This document shows, piece by piece, positions 15,175-21,306 of a stretch of 21,306 nucleotides of DNA. The translations under genes were made by a program, and so were the position numbers. This DNA is from Chthonomonadales bacterium (lineage in GTDB: Bacteria > Armatimonadota > Chthonomonadetes > Chthonomonadales > CAJBBX01). Where the stretch lies: NCBI GenBank assembly GCA_037443035.1, contig JBBIPC010000034.1, positions 1 to 21,306 on the forward strand, written 5' to 3'. The notes under the pieces were generated by a model. The model saw only the letters and a list, made by a program, of their open reading frames with translations, ran no database searches and was not told where the DNA came from. Within the stretch, counting starts at the first letter, position 1. The number at the start of each line of letters is the position of its first letter.

Positions 15175-16314
15175 TCAGCCGGCCAGTAACCTTCTAGCCA
15201 GGTTGACCATGAAGACGACGTTATCGAGCTGAATGTAATCCAACTGTCCCCCCATGCGGTAGAACGTCTTGCAGAACCTGAGATAGTACGCCGGGTGGTC
15301 CATAGGGGGCTCACCGGTAGTCCAGTCCCAACCTCCACCGTCCTGAATGTCCACCACAGCCAGGTAGTGGTCGTGTATGGGCTCGCAACCCGTGCTCAGT
15401 GCAGCGTTGTTGGCCATGGAGAGTGCCTTTTCGAAGATCATGGGGGCCATGACCGCGGAGCCCACGGCCAGGTGCACGCCGTTGGTCAGGTCCGCAATCG
15501 CACCGGCATAGGCGTGGAAATCGCGCAGCGCAGCCCGACCTATGGCTCCGGCGGACGCCATGGGATGCGTGGATCAGATGGCGTCGCCGATCCCCGGGGG
15601 CACGGTGAAGGGTACACCGCACCGATACGCGGTCCATTGGAGGCTGAAGCACCTCCACGGGTGCGGTAGGACCAGGCGACCTGGTTCCACGTGCCACCGT
15701 TCGATGAGCGCCAGGAGATCGGCGTCCGCAGCCGCCGCTTCGGTGCGCTGGTACGGTGCCGGCAGGATGTCATGGGCTACAGGTGCGAGATGCGCAGCGA
15801 TCCGTTCGCGCAAACGATCCGGCTCGGGCACGTCCAGGTGTTCGTCGTGTATCAGCTTGCCCATGCTTTCGCCGTACCCCAGACCGTGAGTCCCGCCTAC
15901 TGCAATCGCTAAGTGGGTGTACCGCCCCGTCTCGTCCCACGTGCCGAAACGACCCTCTGCGGTGTTCGCCCGCACGTCCTCTGTGCTCTGACCGATGAAA
16001 GCGAACTCCCAGTCGTGGATGCAGCCGGCACCGTTGGTCGCAAGGTGACTGATCCAGCCCGTCTCGACGAGCTTGGCGGCAAGGGGACCGAGGCCGTTCT
16101 TGATGAAATGGGCGCCAAATGTGAGGATGACGGGCTTGCCCGAGGCCCTCGCCTGGCGGATGCGCTCGGCACACCGATCCAGACGTGCGACCTCCGGCCC
16201 CGGTGGCTCGGGTACTGAAGCATCCAGCCCGACTGCGATCTCCTCGATCCGCAGTTTGTGCCTGCGCTGTGACAGAGAGTACATGCGCAGCTTGCCTACA
16301 TCGAATCGCTTCAT
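15175..16314 (-). pseudogene. Deoxyhypusine-synthase-like fold protein interrupted by an in-frame TGA
   Basis: ILTFGAHFIKNGL, LATNGAGCIHDWEFA, GRFG..DETG and VGSAVMAPMIFEKALSMA motifs. ORFs 15574-16314 and 15175-15561 share a frame and join as ...GIGDAI*STHPMAS.... Confidence 0.7.
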
Positions 16315-16377
16315 GGCTCCTACCAGGGAATCCTCATGGCATGGCGCAGGGCGCTGTTCGGGCGGTCAGATACCCCG

Positions 16378-19300
16378 TCATTGCTTCCGGATGCCTGCTG
16401 CTGCCGTGACGGACGCGCCGAGCTGGATACGGAAAGTCCGCACTTGCCATGGCAAGATGTCGAAGCTAATCTGGAACCCCGATATCTCCACGGAATCGAC
16501 GGTCTCCTCCAGGAGATTGCACTCTGCGGCTTCAGCGACGGGGCGGGTGAACGTTATCTTCACAGGTCCGCGCGTGCCCAGGGCTTCGTACACTCGCACG
16601 ATCAGTCCCTTGCCATCTTCGGCGATTTTCACAGCATCCACGATGACGCCAGTCCGGTCCACCGTGATGGTGGAGCGCTGGCGAGGCAGCCGGCCGGGAT
16701 GGTTATCCGTAACTCGGGCGAGCAGAGGGACGTTGAGCTCCTGTGCAGCATAAAGCACCCGCCCACGCCAGTCGCCGGTATGCGGGAGAAGGGAATAGGT
16801 GAACTCGTGCTTGCCACGATCGGCCTCTGGGTCTGGGCTTTCCGGCGATCGAAGCAACGTGAGGCGCATGACATTACCGTGAATGTCCCATCCGTACTTA
16901 CTGTCGTTGAGTATTGCTACTCCGTAATCGCCTTCTGCTAGGTCCGCCCACCTATGGCCAGGAACCTCGAACCGAGCCTGGTCCCAGCTTGTGCTCCAAT
17001 GTGTCGGTCGTTCGATGGCGCCATAGGCAATCTCGTAGGTCGCTCGAGGTGCGTGAACCGCCACGGGGAATGCTACCTTCAGCATGGTCTTCCGCTCTTG
17101 CCAGTCCACGCGTGTGACGAAGTCAATGCGATCGTCATACTCGTACAGGATGATGTCCTGCTCGATGGTGGAGTTTCCGTACGAGAGCGTCTGGCGCAGC
17201 ACCATGCGGAGGTGATTGCGTTCCACCAAGGTGGGCGGTCCGTCCGCCTCGAACTGCCAGGCACGCTCCTGATACGATAGGTCCACGTCCCATGCTTCAT
17301 CGCGGACAGGTTTGTCCTCGAACACCTGCAGGACATTGCCGAGGCATCCAGGCTGGAGGATGTCGCGCCGACGGAGGAGATCCCTCAGGACAGCGATGCC
17401 ACCACGTTCCGCGAACTCGATCTCATAGCGCCGGCTGGTTGCCTTGCCGTCAACGTATCGGAAGTGCGATCGCGGCGTGTCCGTGCTTCCGGACACGACG
17501 TTGTAGACGGCGTACCCGCACGCAGGAACGCGCGCGGCGAGGAACACCAGCTTGCCGTTCTCGACATGTGCAGGCGCAGTTCCGCCTGTGGGGTCCCAGA
17601 CGGTCACGCGCCTTCCGAGATTCGGTATCTCCACTTCCACGAGGCCGTCCCGCACCCACGAGAGTGTGTTGTAGACCACCACAGGTACGCCATCCACCTC
17701 CGTGTTGATGAAAGGTTGCACGAACGCAATGGCCTCGTCGCGCATCTGCTGTCCTTCTTCGATGAGCTGGCGGTAATGCCTGGCGGAGTCCTCGTAGACG
17801 GCATGGATGGATGAACCGGGAAGGATATCGTGAAACTGGTTCAGCAAGATGGTATGCCAGCTACGCCGTATCCGGTCTGCTGGGTAGTCACCTCCCAGAA
17901 GAGCGGCGACAACGGAGAACATCTCGACATCGCGATAGAGCAGTTCGCACCGTCTGTTGTCCCTCTTGTTGGCGGCCTGGGTCGTGTAGGTGCCACGGTG
18001 TCGCTCGAAGTACATCTCACCGTTCCACACCGGCAGGTCCCCAGGACGATTGGCCAGCCTTTCGAAGAAGTCGTGCACGCGACCTGTGCGCGCGGCGGGC
18101 AGCCCCGGCATGTTCGCCAGTCTGGGAAGGAACTCCAGCATACGCCGCGTGGGGCCTCCTCCTCCGTCACCGAATCCGTAGGGGCACAGGAACTCGGGAG
18201 ATTGGAGTTTGTCCGCGTAGTCGGACCACTGGTGGACGATTTCCGCCGGTCGGACCTGGGCATTGTACATGTTCCATGTGTTGTGGACCAGGTGCGTCAG
18301 CAGGCGCGAGCCGTCGATCCCTTCCCACCAGAAGGTATTGTGGGGGATGCGGTTCACCTCGTTCCACGCCACCTTGGAGGTCATGAAGTAGTCGAGACCT
18401 GCCTGCTTGTAGATCTGCGGAAGGGACCATGTGTAGCCGAACACATCCGGCAGCCACCCTACGCGAACATCTACGCCGAACTCCTGCCGGAAGAACTGCT
18501 TGCCATACAGGCATTGGCGCACCAGGGACTCCCCTGACACGACGTTCGTATCGTTTTCCACCCACGTTCCACCAATCGGTTCGAAACGCCCCTCCTTGAT
18601 GCGGGCCTTGATACGCCCGTAGACGGTGGGGAAGTACTCCTTGAGGTAAAGGAACAGTGGAACCTGGCTGCAGACGAAGTGGTACTCTGGGAACTCATCC
18701 ATGAGGGCGGCGACCGTGGCGTACGTTCGACCGACCTTGCGCATGGTCTCCCGGAGCGGCCAGAGCCACGCCACATCGATGTGCGAGTGTCCTGCGAAGA
18801 AGATGGTTCCGGGAGACCGCCCGAACTGAATCGAGTCGAGATTCGCCCGGAGGGTTTCGCGAGCTGCTCGCACGGCGTCCCGGAAGCTCGGCGCGGACTT
18901 GTCCCTGAAATCTACGCCCTGGAGCGCGCTCTTGATCGCAAGGAGGATCGCCTCCTGGATGACAGGGTCCTGTACGGCGGAAGCGCTCTCGTGTGCCACC
19001 AAGAAGTCATAGTAAGCGTCCTCCATGGCGGCGTCAACTGCAACGAGGCGCGCAGTGGTCAGGAGATACGGCTTGTTCGCATCCGAAGTTACATATTCGA
19101 GGTAGCCCCCAGTCTTCATTTCGACTTCGCACTGGTAGGATTCTCCTCCCCGGCACGGGTTGGCGAGGACCATGTAGCCCCGGTTGTCATCCACGCCGTG
19201 CTTTGGATCTCCATCCACGCAAAGAAGACCTTCTCCTCCTGTAGCGAGCTCTAGACCAACCTTGAGACCAGACCACTCGGGCGGGATCGTGACATTTCGA

Positions 19301-19500
19301 CGCAAGAACACCGTCTGTCCCTGTCTGGCCCAGATATCGCCGACATCGAGAGGAGTCCAGTCCTCTAGGAACTCGTACTCACCTGGTCCAAGGTGTCGGG
19401 CGGCTCGTTTCTCCCATCCATCCAGCCGCTCCTGATAGACCACTACGCGGGAACCGATCTCTTCCACACGCAGGCGCAATGTCTCGATCAGTCGTGCCAT
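16378..19500 (-). CDS. GH38 alpha-mannosidase (class 2C-like, about 1040 aa)
   Basis: GHSHIDVAWLWP, GESLVRQ, WLPDVFGY (nucleophile), GFGDGGGGP, HRGTYT, LLNQFHDILPGSSI. GGGAGG RBS fits ATG 19500. No signal peptide. Confidence 0.96.
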   Translation of the reverse strand: MARLIETLRLRVEEIGSRVVVYQERLDGWEKRAARHLGPGEYEFLEDWTPLDVGDIWARQGQTVFLRRNVTIPPEWSGLKVGLELATGGEGLLCVDGDPKHGVDDNRGYMVLANPCRGGESYQCEVEMKTGGYLEYVTSDANKPYLLTTARLVAVDAAMEDAYYDFLVAHESASAVQDPVIQEAILLAIKSALQGVDFRDKSAPSFRDAVRAARETLRANLDSIQFGRSPGTIFFAGHSHIDVAWLWPLRETMRKVGRTYATVAALMDEFPEYHFVCSQVPLFLYLKEYFPTVYGRIKARIKEGRFEPIGGTWVENDTNVVSGESLVRQCLYGKQFFRQEFGVDVRVGWLPDVFGYTWSLPQIYKQAGLDYFMTSKVAWNEVNRIPHNTFWWEGIDGSRLLTHLVHNTWNMYNAQVRPAEIVHQWSDYADKLQSPEFLCPYGFGDGGGGPTRRMLEFLPRLANMPGLPAARTGRVHDFFERLANRPGDLPVWNGEMYFERHRGTYTTQAANKRDNRRCELLYRDVEMFSVVAALLGGDYPADRIRRSWHTILLNQFHDILPGSSIHAVYEDSARHYRQLIEEGQQMRDEAIAFVQPFINTEVDGVPVVVYNTLSWVRDGLVEVEIPNLGRRVTVWDPTGGTAPAHVENGKLVFLAARVPACGYAVYNVVSGSTDTPRSHFRYVDGKATSRRYEIEFAERGGIAVLRDLLRRRDILQPGCLGNVLQVFEDKPVRDEAWDVDLSYQERAWQFEADGPPTLVERNHLRMVLRQTLSYGNSTIEQDIILYEYDDRIDFVTRVDWQERKTMLKVAFPVAVHAPRATYEIAYGAIERPTHWSTSWDQARFEVPGHRWADLAEGDYGVAILNDSKYGWDIHGNVMRLTLLRSPESPDPEADRGKHEFTYSLLPHTGDWRGRVLYAAQELNVPLLARVTDNHPGRLPRQRSTITVDRTGVIVDAVKIAEDGKGLIVRVYEALGTRGPVKITFTRPVAEAAECNLLEETVDSVEISGFQISFDILPWQVRTFRIQLGASVTAAAGIRKQ

Positions 19501-19554
19501 CTGCATCCTCCCTCTTCACCATCGCTACGCATATTCGTCGGTGGCCAGACTACG

Positions 19555-19581
19555 TCCTGCCTGCCGGCCGCGCAGGCAGGA
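19555..19581. promoter_or_regulatory. Inverted repeat in a divergent intergenic region
   Basis: TCCTGCCTGC-N7-GCAGGCAGGA with perfect 10-bp arms, between the GH38 and isomerase starts. Confidence 0.4.
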
Positions 19582-19632
19582 ATCGGGCGATTGTGTCGCC
19601 AAGTATCCTGTCGAGGAAGGGGGAGAGCGCGC

Positions 19633-20478
19633 ATGATACGTCTTGGTGGTCCCGTGTTCGTCCATGCGGACAGCCCGGCAGCATGGGTCGCTGCACACAG
19701 AAGCGCAGGTTATGCGGCGGCCTACTGCCCGCTGCAAGCCGATGCCGACGAGTCGCTCATCCAAGCCTATAGGGAGGCTGCAGACGCTAACGACCTCGTG
19801 ATCGCCGAGGTGGGAGCATGGAGCAATCCTCTCAGCCCGGATCCTGTGCAGCGGCACGAGGCCTTGGAGCACTGCAAGAGGCAACTGGACCTGGCAGAGC
19901 GGATCGGTGCCCGCTGTTGCGTGAATATCGCCGGCTCGCGGGGCACGAAGTGGGATGGGCCAGACCCGCGGGACCTCACGGGTGAGACGTTCGAGATGAT
20001 CGTCGAAACCACGCGGGAGATCCTTGACGCCGTCCAGCCACGCAACACCTTCTACACGCTGGAGCCCATGCCGTGGATGTATCCGGACACGCCTGACTCC
20101 TATCTGGAGCTGTTGAAAGCGGTGGATCGTCCAGCCTTCGGCGTACACCTGGATCCAGTGAACATGATCTGCAGCCCTCAGAGGTACTTCGCGAACGGCA
20201 TATTCCTGCGGGAATGCGTCGCGAAGCTGGGACCGCACATCAAGAGCTGTCACGCGAAGGACATCCTCCTGCAGCCGAACTTGACGACCCACCTCGATGA
20301 GGTACGTCCCGGATTGGGTGCGCTGGACTACAGGACCTATCTGGAAGAACTAGACCGTCTCCTTTTCGATGTGCCGCTCATGCTGGAGCACCTACCTCGC
20401 GAGGAAGAGTACGTAGCCGCCGGTGCCTACATTCGATCGGTGGCGAAGGTAGCCGGTATCGACCTCAAAGGGATATGA
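19633..20478 (+). CDS. Sugar phosphate isomerase/epimerase (xylose-isomerase-like TIM barrel, 281 aa)
   Basis: ATG 19633 after a purine-rich RBS; metal ligands in LEPMP, HLDPVN, HAKD and LMLEH. Confidence 0.9.
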   Translation: MIRLGGPVFVHADSPAAWVAAHRSAGYAAAYCPLQADADESLIQAYREAADANDLVIAEVGAWSNPLSPDPVQRHEALEHCKRQLDLAERIGARCCVNIAGSRGTKWDGPDPRDLTGETFEMIVETTREILDAVQPRNTFYTLEPMPWMYPDTPDSYLELLKAVDRPAFGVHLDPVNMICSPQRYFANGIFLRECVAKLGPHIKSCHAKDILLQPNLTTHLDEVRPGLGALDYRTYLEELDRLLFDVPLMLEHLPREEEYVAAGAYIRSVAKVAGIDLKGI

Positions 20479-20541
20479 CGCGGCCATCATGAGGAGCTGC
20501 CTCGCTCGAGATGACGAGCGTGTTTCGAGACACGGGGAGGC

Positions 20542-21114
20542 ATGACCGTGAGTGTGCGACGTACGACCGCGGAGATCGTCTTATTGGCGCTGCTGGTAGC
20601 CGTGGTCGGGTGTGCGGGACGGAAGGAGGCCGTTGCTCCGACCGGCGGCAAGGGATCGCCTGTCTTGACAACTTCCGCATTCGAGCACGGCCAGGCAATA
20701 CCGGCTAAGTACACGGGCGATGGGGAGGACGTCTCGCCTCCGCTGTCCTGGACCAACCTTCCGGCCGGTACGACGAGCATTGTCATCATCTGCGACGATC
20801 CGGATGCCCCCATGGGCACGTTCGTCCACTGGCTCATTTACGACGTTCCAGCCAAGGAGAACGGTCTGCCGGAAGGAGTGCCGCGGGACGAACAGCTTCG
20901 CAATGGGGCATGTCAGGGCACGAACGATTTCGGTCGCTATGGTTACATTGGTCCGTCGCCGCCGCCTGGTGGCGTTCATCATTACCATTTCCGGCTCTAT
21001 GCGCTGAGCAAACCGACCGGCCTGAAGCCCGGCGCTTCGCGAGCAGATATCGAGGCGGCGATGAAGGGCAAGATCCTGGGGACGACCGAACTAGTGGGTA
21101 CCTATCAGCGCTGA
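20542..21114 (+). CDS. YbhB/YbcL family (PEBP/RKIP-like) lipoprotein (190 aa)
   Basis: Lipobox VVG-C; YTGDGEDVSPPLSW, DDPDAP, FVHW, GPSPP and HHYHFRLYAL motifs. Confidence 0.93.
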   Translation: MTVSVRRTTAEIVLLALLVAVVGCAGRKEAVAPTGGKGSPVLTTSAFEHGQAIPAKYTGDGEDVSPPLSWTNLPAGTTSIVIICDDPDAPMGTFVHWLIYDVPAKENGLPEGVPRDEQLRNGACQGTNDFGRYGYIGPSPPPGGVHHYHFRLYALSKPTGLKPGASRADIEAAMKGKILGTTELVGTYQR

Positions 21115-21201
21115 CGGTATTGTCGGATCCGGCGGCTGCAGCAGCTGCCGATGGCAGTTCCGGCCGCCTGCGGTCCTCGAGTAGGCCCGCCGGTTCAAGC
21201 G

Positions 21202-21305
21202 CGGTGGTTGAGCAGTTCCGATAGCGATCGAGGCACTCGAAGACCGGCTGCGTGACCCGGTGGTTGAGTAGTCCCGATAGCCATCGGGACGTATCGAAAC
21301 CACCG
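21202..21305. repeat. Two tandem REP-like palindromic units
   Basis: CGGTGGTTGAGTAGTCCCGATAGCCATCGGGACGTATCGAAACCACCG (21258-21305) and a degenerate copy at 21202-21246; the first 24 nt are 22/24 identical, period 56. Confidence 0.7.
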
Positions 21306-21306
21306 A

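Noticed and set aside
12070..16314. Alternative genetic code suggested by two in-frame stops (TAG 12171-12169, TGA 15576-15574)
   Set aside because: They are different codons, and both TAG and TGA end intact genes at expected positions in this window (TAG at 2705 and 7218; ATGA overlaps at 1902, 5668 and 8879).
21202..21281. CRISPR array (24-nt repeat with a 32-nt gap)
   Set aside because: Only two units, the apparent spacer is itself a degenerate part of the palindromic unit, and there are no cas genes in the window.
21091..21303. 70-aa minus-strand ORF at the window end
   Set aside because: It runs through the palindromic repeat, overlaps the YbhB-family gene end and shows no protein-like features.

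Overview
GC-rich bacterial chromosomal window with about 18 genes and no rRNA, tRNA, CRISPR array or transposase. Secretins, a small beta-barrel protein and C-GGG lipoproteins indicate a diderm; the gene style suggests Armatimonadota or similar (inference only). Contents in order: (1) a minus-strand sugar-nucleotide operon: PHP metallohydrolase, GDP-mannose 3,5-epimerase-like SDR, divergent GHMP kinase, tandem-domain HxGH nucleotidyltransferase and an Asp-box protein (54-4717); (2) a plus-strand envelope operon: small OM beta-barrel, tiny Cys-rich lipoprotein and VWA lipoprotein (4930-6984); (3) converging on it, three translationally coupled paralogous secretins with no other T2SS/T4P genes, the middle one lacking the amphipathic-loop motif (7218-11942); (4) a DUF4349 gene with an ACG start and an in-frame TAG; (5) a Gfo/Idh/MocA oxidoreductase, a 69-aa protein and a Spy/CpxP-like protein; (6) a GH38 alpha-mannosidase and a deoxyhypusine-synthase-like gene with an in-frame TGA; (7) a TIM-barrel sugar isomerase, a YbhB/YbcL lipoprotein and a REP-like repeat. 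The best candidates for an undescribed system are the stand-alone triple-secretin locus (possible hetero-oligomeric channel) and the kinase/nucleotidyltransferase/GME rare-sugar pathway. All family calls come from motif recognition by eye; no searches were run.
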